Assembly (NCBI GenBank): GCA_964234715.1
Contig: OZ174277.1
DNA length: 64,000 nt
Reading direction: 5' to 3' (one strand)
From: Podarcis melisellensis
Taxonomy: Eukaryota
Shown here in pieces: positions 1 to 13,515 of this stretch. The translations under genes were made by a program, and so were the position numbers. The stretch's first letter is position 1. Every line of letters starts with the position of its first letter. A model generated the notes under the pieces. That model searched no databases. It saw nothing but the letters and a program-made list of their open reading frames with translations, and was not told the DNA's origin.

Positions 1-481
1 AAACTCTTTAAAGCTTGTCTTTAAAGTTTTACTATCAAGTTTTCAATAACAGAATTGGCTAATCTGAAGTAGCTACAGTGAGTAAAATTATGAAACCCTA
101 AAAAATGAACATGCTTATGATACAGACAGGCAACACTCTTACACGTCTGTTAGTGTATCTGAATAATAATTAACACACATAGTAGCCAAGAAACTAGTAG
201 AAATTGAAAATGACACACTTGAAAAACAACTTATCTTTGTGGAGTGGAAGTTCAAAATATATTCCTCCCAGCTTAAAATGCAATGAATTGTTAACTTTAA
301 CTAGGATGGCATACTGCTAGCAAAGCTAAAATGCGTTTAGAAGTATCTTTAGTTTAGAGCCTCCTCCTGATTTAATACTTCTAAAGAATTTCAGATCTGA
401 ACAGTACCTTAAAACTCTGTTGTATTATTTTTTAAACATACAAGACACTTCAACCATGTAAATAACATGAATAATTATTAA

Positions 482-727
<246 letters not shown>

Positions 728-1279
728 TAGTAGGGGCCTTTAGATTGCTGCTGAATTATCTCTGACTCCCATCATTCCAGACAGTTGACCATGCTGTCTG
801 GGGCTGATGGGAGCTGGAGCTACCTTTGTTTTATAGAAAATGTGAGTTGTGCAGGCACTATAATTTTGCATTGTTCAGAAATATTTAATTGTTACTACAA
901 TCTCATAAGTAACTAAGATTGTCACTCTAAATCTTTATAAGAAAAGCCCGTGGGGAGAGCATGTGGAAGCTTCCGTTAAAGTTTGAAGCAAAACTTACCC
1001 TCCTTTTTTAATATTGGTCTACGTATAGTACAGTAAGCATGCCAGTTATATAGGGTTACTTCCCTGGGACAAATGGTTTATGAAATATTGGTACTCTATC
1101 TTGAAAATTTCCCTCCAAATGTCCAATCAAAATTGATAAGCCTGCTTTGAAAGTGAAAGGCTAGTTTTTTCTTTGTTTTGATGATACGCCTTTTCCAAAG
1201 CAATGGTCATTGTATTTTGTTAACTTTCTCGTTAATTGTTGATCAGGGAAAGCAACAAGAATTTATACTAGTGCTTAAG

Positions 1280-3343
1280 TTTAATCATCCCCTCTGAAGG
1301 AGGGTGGTGAGGAGGGCAGCTGCTGAAAATGATTTTGAAGAATTTTGTGGAAATTTGAAGTTTCATATACTTTTTTTAAAAAATAGTTTTCAGGTTTATA
1401 CATTTCACTGATTTTACAATCATGTTGACATTTCAAAACTTGACTTCCTTCCCCTTCATTCTGTGGTTCCTTAAATTTATTTTTAATATCTTCTGCATAT
1501 CCTAATTTACTTAATTTACTCATTTATTCATCTTCTTTAAATATATACTCTTTTGAAACTGCAGATTATTACAATAATCCTGTCAATGTTCTTATCTGTT
1601 TACAATTTATCTGTAAATATTCAGTAAACCATTTCCATTCTTTTATAAAAAAAGTTTCTTATCTTGATTTCTTATTTTTCTGGTAAGTTTCGCCATTTCT
1701 GCAAATTCCGTAAGTTTTTGTATTCATTCTTCCTTTGCTGGGACTTCTGCTTTTTTCCATTTTAGGGCAAGTAACATTCTTGCCACTGTAGTCACACACA
1801 TGAATAAGTTTCTATACAGTTTAGATAGTTCTGTCCCTATTATTCCCAAGAGAAAAGCTTCTGGTTTTTTTACAAACGTTATTTTAAACACCCTTTTCAT
1901 TTCATTATATATAATTTCTCAGAAAGCCTTAACCTTACTACAAAACCACCACAAATGATAAAAAGAACCTTCTTTCTCTTTACATTTCCAACACTTATTT
2001 GATTTAGATTTGTACATTTAAATCGGTTTACTTGGTGTTAGATACCATAGATATATCATTTTCATATAGTTTTCTCTTAAACCATAACATGCTGTACATT
2101 TTATATCCATATTCTACAATCGTTCCCATGCTTCCATGTCTATATTATGACGAATATCTATTGCCCAATGTATCATTGAAGATTTTACTTTCTCGTCCTT
2201 TGTCTCCTATTCCAATAATATTTTATACATTTTAGACAGCACTTTTATATTACATTCCAACAGATCTCTCTCCAGTTGGGATATTTGTTCCCCAAACCCT
2301 CGTATCCTGTTTTTCTTAAATACTTCATTCAAATGATATTGTATCCATGTTGTTAATTCCTTAAATTATTTTAATTGATACTCTCTTGTTTTAATAAATT
2401 TCTATAAGTTGTCCAGGGACGCGGGTGGCGGTGTGGGTTAAACTACAAGCCTAGGACTTGCTGATCAGAAGGTCAGCGGTTCGAATCCCGACCACGGGGT
2501 GAGCTTCCGTTGCTCGATTCCTGCTCCTGCCAACCTAGCAGTTCGAAAGCACGTCCAAATGCAAGTAGATAAATAGGTACTGCTCCAACAGGAAGGTAAA
2601 TGGCATTTCCGTGCGCTGCTCTGGTTCGCCAGAAGCGGCTTAGTCATGCTGGCCACATGACCCGGAAGCTGTACGCCGGCTCCCTTGGCCAATAAAGCGA
2701 GATGAGTGCCGCAACCCCAGAGTCGGCCACGACCGGAACTAATGTTCAGGGGTCCCTTTACCTTTATAAGTTGTCTACCCTTCTATCATATTCTTTTTCT
2801 TTACCTCTATAGCTTCAGTGAGAGTCAAAGTGGCGTTTTAACTCTAATAAATTATTATATTTATCCCATATTATATACACATTTTTCCTAATTATATGAT
2901 TTGTAAATCCTTTATGAACTTTCACCTCTTCATACCATAAATAAGCATGCCAACCAAAAATATTGTCATGACCTAAGTCTAGAATATGTGAATTCTCTAA
3001 TGTTATCCATTTCTTCAGTCAACAAACACAGGATGCCTCATAGTATAGTCTCATATCCAGCAGGGAAAACCTCTTTCTTTTGCATCTATCAATATTTTAT
3101 ATTTTATTATAGGTTTTTCCCCTTGCCAAATATATTTAGAAATATCTTTTGGCCATGTGTTTCAATCTGTCTTGCCAATCACCAGAATCAACTGAAACAG
3201 AAATAGCATTCTAGGTAATACATTCATCTTTATAGTCGACAGTCTACTTAATAGTGAAAGATTAATTCTATTCCAAATTATAAAAAAATTTTTTAATATC
3301 TTCCCAGGTTTTTAAATAATTATCTTTATACAAATTTGTATTA
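1280..3343 (-). mobile_element. L1-clade LINE, 5'-truncated, degenerate 3' part of ORF2
   Basis: - strand reads ...WNRINLSLLSRL..IKMNVLPRMLFLFQ... and the CCHC knuckle [19 protein letters not shown]...EAFLLGI, with stops and frameshifts; interrupted by a SINE. Confidence 0.8.
2414..2764 (+). mobile_element. Sauria SINE, full length
   Basis: tRNA-like head GGGACGCGGGTGGCG...GGTTCGAATCC, (ACCTTT) tail, 11-bp TSD TATAAGTTGTC at 2403-2413 and 2765-2775. Confidence 0.92.
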
Positions 3344-4393
3344 CAGTGGTGCCCCGCAAGACGAATGCCTTGCAAGACGAAAAACCCGCAAGACGAAAGG
3401 GTTTTTCGGTTTTTGCGACGCTTCGCTAGACGATTTTCCCTATGGGCTTGCATCGCAAGACGAAAGCCCATAGGGAAATCTCGGGGACCTTTTTTTAAAT
3501 GCTGGCGGTGGGGAGCAAAGCCTTTTCCCCCCCTCCGGACTTCAGAAGAGGTCCAGGAAGGCCGGCGGGGGCGAAAGGCTTTGCTCCCCACCGCCAGCAT
3601 TTTAAAAGCGGTCCGGGATAGCAGGGAAGCGCTTCCCGCTATCCCGGACGGCTTTTGAAGGCAGGCGGGGGAAGCAAAGACTTTTGCCCCCCGCCCGCCT
3701 TGGGAAGAGGTCCTGGACCTCTCCCGAAGGCGGGCGGGGGGCAAAAGTCTTTGCTCCCCCCTGCCTGCCTTTCCGGGAGAGCGGAAAAGGCAGCGCTGCC
3801 TTCCCGCTCTCCCGGAAAGGCAGGCAGGGGGCAGCAAAGACTTTTGCCCCCCGCCCGCCTTCGGGAGAGGTCCAGGACCTCTTCCCAAGGCGGGCGGGGG
3901 GCAAAAGTCTTTGCCCCCCCTGCCTGCCTAACCGGGGGCTTTTAAATCGCCCCGGGACAGCTGAGAATTCCTCCGCTGTTCCGGGGCGATTTTAAAATGC
4001 TGGCGGGCGGCAGCGCTGCCGCCCGCCAGCATTTTAAGATCGCCCCGGGACAGCGAAGGACTTTTCCGCTGTCCCTGGGCGATCTTAAAATGCTGGCGGG
4101 CGGCAGCTATCCCTGCTATCCCGGACCGCTTTTAAAATGCTGGCGGTGGGGAGCAAAGCCTTTCGCCCCCGCCGGCCTTCCTGGACCTCTTCTGAAGTCC
4201 GGAGGGGGGAAAAAGGCTTTGCTCCCCACCGCCAGCATTTAAAAAAAGGTCCCCGAGATTTCCCTATGGGCTTTCGTCTTGCGATGCAAGCCCTTAGGGA
4301 AAATCGTCTAGCGAAGCGTCGCAAAAACCGAAAAACCCTTTCGTCTTGCGGGTTTTTCGTCTTGCGAGGCATTCGTCTTGCGGGGCACCACTA
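3344..4393. mobile_element. Non-autonomous Tc1/mariner-superfamily (Tigger/pogo-like) foldback element
   Basis: TA on both flanks, CAGTGGT terminus, near-perfect TIRs of about 284 bp (3344-3627 / 4110-4393), GC-rich palindromic interior. Confidence 0.88.
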
Positions 4394-5041
4394 TACTTTC
4401 AAAATAGAAGCAAGCTTGCAGAAACTCATCCTTCTCTACAAATCAGTTCAAAATAGGTTTTGCGTTGGGCTTTCATGTATTATGTTGTAGAATGAGAACT
4501 GCTAAGATTTTTTTTGGGGGGGGGACCGCCAGATTAATTGAGAAGGCATAGTAGAATGGCAGAAATGCAGGAGATAGTCTGGGTGCTATCATGTCCTTTT
4601 TGTAGTATGTGACCTTCTGGGTGTCTTTTACTTGCTTTGTTTTTAAGAAACCCAGTCATCATAAATTCTCGTGCCTAAAACTACTTACCCAAAAGGTGTA
4701 AAATTGAGCAGTTAAGTAAAAACAGCAACATGAATTAAAAGACAATGAAATTGAGATTCCATTCTTCATTGCAATCACAATATGTTTCTGAGTAGTAACA
4801 GTGAAACATTTGAAGAGGGTAGCAGGGAGGGTCAGTGAAGTGCCCAATGGGGATCTAATTCAGAGCAAAATAGATAGTAGCTGACTGAGAAGGTCCTCAG
4901 AAGAAGATTGAAGTTGTTGGGCTCATTCACATTAGAGGAGGTGATTCTAGGGCTTTTTTTAGTCTAAAGTCATTGAAGATTATAAAGAACCAGCATGATA
5001 CGGTCTGGTGTGCTGGCCTAAGCAGAAACCTGATCTCATTA

Positions 5042-5288
5042 CAGTCATACCTCAGGATAAATATGTTTCAGGTTGAGCGCTTTTGGGTTGCGCTCCGTGG
5101 CAACCTGGAAGTAATGGAGTGCATTACTTCTGGGTTTCGCCACTTGCGCATGTGCAGACAGTCAAAATGACGTCATGCGCATGCGTGGAAGTGGCGAACC
5201 GCACACATGCGCTGTCGCGTCTTACGTTCTGTTCAGGATGCAAACGGGCCTCCGGAACAGATCCCGTTCGCATCCCGAGGTACCACTG
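5042..5288. mobile_element. Tigger-like MITE
   Basis: TA-CAGTCATACCTC...GAGGTACCACTG-TA; related copies at 34690 and 53609. Confidence 0.8.
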
Positions 5289-5759
5289 TATTTCAAATAT
5301 TTATAACTTGCCCTTTAACAAAGCCCTTAGAGTTGACTAAAATACAAAATGCAAGTCTTAAAAAAAATGAAGCAATCTCAGTCTTTGGGGCAGCAATAAA
5401 AAACTAGAAGCATATAAAACTGCTTTTTACCACGTCAGACCATTGGTCCATCTAATTCAATATTGTCTACACTGACTGGGTTTCAGATAAGCGACTCTCC
5501 TAGTCCTACCTAGAGATATTGGAACTTGAACCTGGCACCTTTTGCATGCATAGAAGAGGTTCTGTCACTGAGTTGTGGCCCAAACTGAACATAACTTGGG
5601 GACTCAAGGCATATAAAAATAAGAACTGCTAAAAACATAGAAAAAGCTCCTTAAAAAAACTGTTAAACATGGATAGAAGTAAAACAATAAACACATATAA
5701 AATCTACTAAAACTATACCAATAATTACAATAAAAACATCATGTTTCAACAAAAACAGT

Positions 5760-6035
5760 TCCCCAAAGCAGTCTTCACCTGCCAGCAGAAGGCCAACCAT
5801 GAGGGAGCCAATCTAGCTTCTCCAGGGAGGGAGTTCCAGAGTCTGGGAGCAGCCACTGAGAAGGACCTCTCCTGTGTGCCCACCAAGCATGCCTGGGCGG
5901 CTGCTGGGACCATCAGAAGGGCCTCCCTCCAAGATCTCAAAACCTGGACAGATTTGTATGAGGGAATACAGTATTTCAGATAGCCTGGCCCTAAGATAGA
6001 TAATAACCAGCCCTTTGGATTGTGCTCAGAAACAG
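5760..6035 (-). mobile_element. L2/CR1-group LINE 3' fragment
   Basis: - strand translation ERSFSVAAPRLWNSLP is typical of the L2 ORF2 end. Confidence 0.7.
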
Positions 6036-6982
6036 TCTAACCCCCCCCCCCACCCATAACAATACAATACTGAAATCACACTAAAATAGTTACTAGTTAG
6101 ACAGATGCCTAGCAAAAATTAATAAGCAGCCCATCAAATACTACCAAATGTCTGGAAGAAGACTCTTAAATTGATGCTGAAAAGATAATACGGTCTGTGC
6201 CAGGTGGCCCTTATTAAATGAATTTCTAGTATTTATGGAGGAGGGGACTAGAATATACCCAGGGCTGGAACTCAAGGGAACTCAGTTCCGGGACCTCTCA
6301 GTTGGGCGCCATTGCCATTATAAGAGCAGAAGGGAGGCATTTATGGTGAGTTCCAGCATCTCTTTTTCTAGAAAAATAGCAATGGCTATACCTTCCCATG
6401 TGCTATAACTATTATATCTACTTTACTGCTTATGTAAATAATGAAACTATGTGACACACAACTGCTTTTTAGATTGATTTCAGCTGTATTGAAATTGTGT
6501 GTGGCGGTGGATTGATGTGAAAGCATTTAGCTGGTTAGAGTTACAACATTCTCAATGCTAGCTTAAGCATTTTATAAGCTTCTGCAGAAACTTTGTTTTT
6601 ATTTCTACCATTTGCATGGAAAGCTGGGGAGACTTTACATTTATTGAAAATAAGATTTAAAAGGTGGATATTTCAATTTCCTTCGAAAGGTATTTATTTC
6701 TCTGTCTCAAGCTGGGCAACAAACTGTGGCTGTTATGTGTCACAGTTTTCCCTATAGTTATTCTCTTGGGTGATGATGGCGGCAGTGTGTGTGTGTGTGT
6801 GTTTTAAGCAGTTCAGTAGGAATCTATTCTGCTAATTTCTTCTGACTTCTGTCCATTGGACCTAAGAATGTATTCTTTGATCATTGTCCTTGAGTAAAGG
6901 ATGATACAGAGAGTTATTTTAAGATGGCAAAATTAATATAATAATCCAGTAGTCCTTTCCAAATGTTTTTATTTCTTTACAG

Positions 6983-7116
6983 CATCTAAATAAAACCTAC
7001 AATACAGATGTTCCTCTGGTTCTAATGAACTCATTCAACACTGATGAAGACACAAAAAAAATCTTGCAAAAGTACAGCCACAGCCGTGTGAAAATCTACA
7101 CCTTCAATCAAAGCAG
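6983..7116 (+). CDS. UGP2: UGP2 exon 5 equivalent
   Basis: [45 protein letters not shown]; tttacag|...|gtattg; 134 bp; not in the ORF track. Confidence 0.97.
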
Positions 7117-8034
7117 GTATTGACAGCACTTGCTTTTAGGTCATAAAAGCTACATGACTAGATGCAAGAAAGGCATATTCTGTATATCCATTATATCTTA
7201 ACCCCTCCCAATTTACTTCCATTTGGGCAATTTGAAACAACTGCTTGAGGTCATTCTCTTCTCTTGCCTCTTGCCCTGTATTCTTGCAATGTTGTGGGAA
7301 CTCGCATCACTTTTCACTATGCAGCTTGAAAAGTGTTAATCCCTCTACAGTGTTAGAGGCATTTTTAAGCAGCCCTTGCCCCCCCCCCCCCATATGTTGA
7401 TTTTAAATTGTCCTTTGAGATTAAAGGGCATCAAATTCAGAAATACACACTTTTTCTGTGAGCAGAAAGTCATAGCCACATGTAGTATAACTAAGTTGTA
7501 GCTGATGTTTGGAGTTAATTTAATTAATTTATTTAAAGAATTTAAAAACCCACTTTTCAGCAAGAAAAAAGAAAGAAAGAAAAAGCTTTCAGAACAGCTT
7601 ATAAGTCACTACAAACATATCTCAGCCCTTAGGCTTGCAATCTAAAAGTGCAAAAATAAAAGAAAAAAGAATTGGAAGAGAGGAGGAAATAAGCTAACTC
7701 AGATACAACTTCTTAACTTCTTGGTTAAAAGTTCTTCTATTGACCAGCTGGGGTGAAAGAATTAGATGAGAGGAGGAGCAAAAAGAGTATTTTGGGGTTT
7801 TGTTTTTTAGGGATTTTTGTATGTGGGGGACATTAATTTTGTATATTAATTTTATATGTTCATGTGGAAATTGTTTTAATTTGGTTGTGTGATTTTTGAT
7901 TTATTGTTTATTCCTACTTTTGTTATGTTTGTAATTATTTTTTCCTGCATATTGTAAGCTGCATTGAGCATGGTTTAAAAAAGGCGGCATACAAATGAAA
8001 TTATGTATGTATGTCTACAGCTGTGCTGACAGAA

Positions 8035-8780
8035 TTAGGGTTTAGACCCCGTTTTGGCACAGAAACCGCTTTGGTCGCCCTGTATGATGACCTCTGTCGG
8101 GAGAGAGACAGAGGAAATGTGTCCCTGTTAATTCTCCTCAACCTCTCAGTGGCTTTTGATACCATCGACTATGGTACCCTTCTGGAGCAACTGTCTGAGT
8201 AAGAGGTGGGTGGTTTCTGGTGGTTCCAGTCCTACTTGGATTGTTGTTCCCAGAGGGTGTCACTTGGGGAGTGCTTTTCAGCCATGTGGAGTTCTGCAGG
8301 GCTCAATCCTATCCCCTGTGCTGTTCAACATCTACATGAAATCGCTGGGTGGGGCCATCCAGAAGTTGGGAGCATGTTGTCAGCAATATGCTGATGACAC
8401 TCAGCTCTACTTCTCCTTTACATCTGCAGGTGAGGCAATGGAAGTGCTGGACTGGTGTCTTGCCTTGATAATGGACTGGATGAGAGCCAACAAAGTGAAG
8501 CTCAATCCAGATAAGACTGAGACCCTGTTAGTGTGTTGTTCCCTAGACAATCCTCTGAAGGAGCAGGTTCATAGCTTGGGGGTACTCCTGGATTCTTTGC
8601 TGTCACTTGGGGCTCAAGTGTTCTCAGTGGCGTGGAGTGCCTTCAATCAGTTTCCACTGGTGGCTCAGCTACGCCCCTGTCTGGACAGGGATAGCCTAAC
8701 TACTGTTGTTTATGCTCTGGTAACCTCAGGGTAGATTACTGTGATGTGTTATACATAGGGCTACCTCTGAAGACAGTTTG
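8035..8780 (+). mobile_element. L2 LINE reverse-transcriptase fragment (degenerate)
   Basis: GFRP..GTETALV..DDL, LSVAFDTID, GVLQGSILSPVLFNIYM, QQYADDTQLY, KLNPDKTE across frameshifts. Confidence 0.88.
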
Positions 8781-8968
8781 CCAAATGTTTCAGAAGCTGA
8801 ACGCCAAAAACCCAGAAGTGAATGCTTCTGTTTTTGAATGCGCCTTGGAAGTTGAACAACTCAATTTTCCACATTGGACTTGCTGACAGCCCTTTGATCC
8901 TCGGTTTTTGAATGTTTCAGAAGTCGAATGGACTTCTAGAATGCATTACGTTTGAAAACTGAGGTTCC

Positions 8969-8972
<4 letters not shown>
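8781..8972. mobile_element. Partial Tigger-like MITE
   Basis: Ends ...GAGGTTCCACTG; similar in inverted orientation to 52003-52249. Confidence 0.6.

Positions 8973-9002
<30 letters not shown>
8971..9002. repeat. (TG)n microsatellite
   Basis: Direct reading. Confidence 0.95.
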
Positions 9003-9006
<4 letters not shown>

Positions 9007-9212
9007 TGCACTACATTCCTTCTTTCTTCTGCTGTAGCCTGATATAGTGGCTGCTGCAAAGTGGCTGAGCTGGCAGTGGCCCCTCTATCCTCTGCTACCC
9101 CAAGTTCCCTTGTAGGTCATAAATATTTTGTAAAACTGTCCATTATCTCCCTTCCATACTTCAACTGCTCTCCAGCCCATGTTGGTGTCTTAAAGGGTAT
9201 TTTCTTTTACAG

Positions 9213-9510
9213 GTACCCACGGATTAATAAAGAGTCTTTACTACCAGTAGCAAAAGATGTGTCCTATTCAGGAGAGAATACGGAGGCATGGTACCCCCCA
9301 GGCCATGGGGACATCTATGCAAGTTTCTACAATTCTGGATTGCTAGATAATTTTATTGGTGAGGGAAAGGAGTATATTTTTGTGTCCAACATAGATAACC
9401 TTGGTGCCACTGTTGATCTCTACATCCTTAACCACCTCATGAATTCGCCAAATGGAAAACGGTGTGAATTTGTCATGGAGGTCACCAATAAAACGAGGGC
9501 AGATGTTAAG
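9213..9510 (+). CDS. UGP2: UGP2 exon 6 equivalent
   Basis: YPRINKESLLP...WYPPGHGDIYASF...SNIDNLGA...EVTNKTRADVK; AG/GT boundaries, phase consistent; 298 bp. Confidence 0.98.
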
Positions 9511-10135
9511 GTAAATACAAATACGTATTTCAGAACTGTGTCTCTGTCATTGTAAGTCACATACCAAGGGCTGAAATGATTGGAGAATGTAATAATTGAT
9601 AAAACAAACTGGACCCATAGAAGTGTTACTTCCCCACTAGCCTATCCTGAATCTGATCCCAAGATTTGTTGTGATCCCAAGATTTGCTTGCAGAATGAAA
9701 GCAAGTAGTATTCTAACGGGGGATAGACCCTAACTTTTTTCTATTTATGACCTGCCTATTTTAATTTCTTTCTAGAATTTGTCTCCTTTGGCTGTGTCAA
9801 GACACTTAACAATTTCAAAACAATTAAAATGCAAGCAAAAACAAGATCCATTATTTATACTTTAAGTTATAGGTTACCTTAAACTATAACTTCATTGAAC
9901 CATCTTTCTGTCAACAAAGTCACAATAGAAAAACCACTATTAAATGGCTATTTTAATAAACAAGTAGAAAACTCTTGGTATGTCCAACTGTGTAATAGGT
10001 GGCATGGAACTGGTGAAAACATTCTAGCTGAATGCTGCCACTTGTCTAATTTAAGCTAGAAACCAAAGGCAAGCAGGTCACAGTTAGTTTTAGCAAGGTA
10101 AATTAGTTTTTTTATGTTTCCTTGTGCCCACATAA

Positions 10136-10378
<243 letters not shown>

Positions 10379-11237
10379 TGAAAAGGTCAGAAACTGAAGG
10401 GACAAAATTGAAAAGAGAGGGTAAAAATGCCAATCTTGAAAACTTTGTGCCAAGTTTAGGAAATATTGGAAGCCTGATCCAAAATATATCCTTTTGGATT
10501 AAGTAGTGGGAGAAGTATTTCAGAAAGTATTTATACTTCTCTTTATCACTTCTTCAGAAGTTTTGGATATAAAAAGCTTTGGATATTAAATTGGAAAATA
10601 TAATGTAATTATTATGTATTGATTTTGGTTTTAAGGATCAAGAACTGGCAATTAATGTAAATAAATAAATGGACTAACTTATATTGTTATTGTGACTTAT
10701 TTGTATTGTATTGTTATAAGATGTGTAAACTTTGTTGTTCCTTCAGCTTGTAAACCGCCGTGTGCCCAGCAGTATAGAAAGGCAGTACACAAATTAAAAG
10801 GGATTATGCTTTTTATTACCAGCCAAGTCCTTCATGTCAGGCTATTTAGGGGACCAAATAACCCTTAACAAGAGGTATTAGAATGAAGTGCTAGGGATCT
10901 CTTCCTCCCCTTATTTATACTTCTTGTGGTTTGAAAATGTGGTGCACTCGGACAAAACGTACACCTTTGAGCTATAGTTTGGATGGAGCGACTATTAGTT
11001 ATATATCTTTAGGAGCCAGGTGAAAGCTTCTCCCAGGACTTTGGCTAATTAAACAGCCTGGCCTTTTAAACTGGGGGGGGGGTATTGTTTTTGTTTGTTG
11101 CTGTGGTATGCTGTGGTATTGTAAACCACTCTGTGATATTTAAAGAAATAACAAAAACTTTAATCATCATCATCATTGTTACCAATTCAGTTAACGTTCT
11201 TGAACAGTTACTTAACTGATGAAGCTTTTTCTTCCAG

Positions 11238-11480
11238 ACATTAGATGGTGGTTTAAATGTTATTCAACTGGAGACTGCTGTTGGTGCTGCCATTAAAAGT
11301 TTTGAGAATTCTCTGGGAATAAATGTACCCCGTAGCAGGTTTCTGCCTGTCAAGACCACGTCCGATCTTCTACTTGTGATGTCCAATCTATATAGCCTTA
11401 ATGCTGGATCTTTAACAATGAGTGAGAAAAGGGAATTCCCTACTGTGCCACTGGTCAAACTGGGAAGCTCTTTCACCAAG
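11238..11480 (+). CDS. UGP2: UGP2 exon 8 equivalent
   Basis: [22 protein letters not shown]...[23 protein letters not shown]...VKLGSSFTK; 243 bp; AG/GT. Confidence 0.97.
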
Positions 11481-12604
11481 GTAAGCACAGCTCTTAAATG
11501 AGAGGAACAAGAAAAATGTTAAATGCAGATGATGGGTAAACAGTTTTATCAAGCTCCTTCACATGGCTTCACATAGAAGCCAATCTAGTTGCGTTCCTGA
11601 ATGCTGCCCTAAGAGTAAATTCAGTGAACTGGAAATTTGGAGTGAGGTGCCTTCACTATGCTAATGACAATCAATTCTACTCTATTTCACTGGAGTCAGG
11701 TTAACCAGTAGACTTACTGAATTACTGAATTCAGTAAGACTTGGTGAATTAGTGTTTGGGATCAGTAACTGATTGGATGAGACACAGAAACCTGGAGTTC
11801 AATCTAAATAAGACAGATTCCATTGGTAGGTGGGTCCGCAAGATAGGGCTTCAATCCCCAAAAGGGTCAGCAAGATAGGGCTTCAATCCCCAAAAGGACT
11901 AATTCTAGAGTCTGGGAGTCCTGATAGATCCATCATCATCACTAGAGGTCCAAGCGGCATCTGTGGCATGCAGTGCCTTTCACCAGCTAAGAATGAAGCA
12001 CAGCTGAGATTCCTCCCAGAGAGAGCCCGGGACAATTATCCATGCTCTGATCGCTTCTAGAATGGGTTGCTAGTATTTGTTTTATAGAGAACTGCCTTTT
12101 GAATATTTCCCAGCGATTCCAATTTATTGCAAAACACAGCTGCTAAGTTAGTAATTGTGACCAGCTGTATAGAGTATATCTTATCAGTATTTAAATAGGC
12201 ACAGTTTTGCATGTCTGTTTTCAGGTACAGTTGAAAGTGTTAGGTATTACTTATAAAGCACTAAATGGCTTGGTGGATGGCAACCCGAACAACTAGTATC
12301 TACCATTGCTTGCTTGAACCCTTCTATCTCCCCCGGTGAGCCCACTGCTACCAATAGGTCCTTTAATCTGATGAAGAGAGGACCTTCTTGATGGTGGTGA
12401 CTTGCATTTCTGTGTAGCATATCCTCTTCACATACATGCTTATCTGATGCCTAACTGGATGGTTTTTTAGTGCCAGGAGACGACTTATTATTTGCCTAGG
12501 GCTAGGCACACTCTAGCTTGTAGAATAGCTCCTTTTAATTGTTTATAGCTTGGCAGTAAAACATTGACCCATCTTTGCATGTAGTGGTGGACCAAGCTAT
12601 GTGG

Positions 12605-13515
12605 TTTTATTTTATTTTTAAATTATTTTCATTTTTCAATTTAACAATAATAATAATCAATTACATTTACATACCTACCTGTTTTGACTTCCTTCTTCCC
12701 CTCCCTTGGTTTCTTGTAAAAACATTTTCAAAACTGCATCTCCTCCTTAATTCCTTTTGTTTCTCTCTATATTTCTCCCAAAGTCACCTTTTAATTGCTT
12801 GATTTTAAATTAATCCTGCTGGTGTGCTTGTTTACAGTATTTTTTAAGATGACCCACATATCTCCCCCATTCTTTCTTCTTGATTTCTTACTCTTCCCAT
12901 AAATTTTGCCATTCTTTATTTAACTTTGCTTGCCATTCTTCCTTTGTTGGGACAGTGTCCTCTTTTCGTCTCTGTGCAAAGAGCATCCTAGCGGCTGTGG
13001 TTGCATACATAAGCCATTTTACTTGGTCTTACAGTATATCCTGCCCTAGTATCCCTTAAAGAAAGGCTTCTGGTTTTTTAATAGAAGTTACCTTCAACAT
13101 TTTTTTCAATTCATTATAAATAATTTCCCAGAAGTCTTATACTATCTTACAAGAACACCATCTATGATAGAATGTGCCCTTTTCCTATTTACATTTCCAG
13201 CATGTGTCTAATTTTGACTTATACATTCTTGCTGATTTACTGGGTGTTAAGTACTATCTGTACATCATTTTCATATAATTTTATTTGAATGTATAACATG
13301 CTGTAAATTTCAGATCCATATTTCATAACCTTTCCCATGCTTCCATTTCTGTATTATAACTAAAATCCCTTGCCTAGTGTATCATCACTGGTTTCACCTG
13401 TTCGTCTTTTGTTTCCCACCCCAAAAGCTTATATATCTTAGATAATAGGAAACAAAGAAAATGTGTTGAGTCTCTTTCTAATTGAGAGGTTTGATTTAAA
13501 AAGCCATTCTTTTTA
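12605..13515 (-). mobile_element. Second L1-clade LINE 3' fragment
   Basis: Covers the same ORF2 C-terminal region as 1280-3343 (CWKCK..GTFYH...KKPEAF), more degenerate. Confidence 0.72.

Noticed and set aside
3344-3470. Regularly spaced GCAAGACGAA repeats resembling a CRISPR array
   Set aside because: Vertebrate DNA, 10-bp repeats with very short spacers and no cas genes; these are TIR subrepeats.
3268-4490. Cluster of 80-206 aa ORFs on both strands with repeated peptides
   Set aside because: A by-product of the GC-rich palindromic element; mirror-image ORFs, no recognisable domain and no transposase motifs.
9861-9893. Short hairpin AAGTTATAG...CTATAACTT, superficially like a homing-endonuclease site
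   Set aside because: An AT-rich 9-bp inverted repeat with only partial resemblance; expected by chance.
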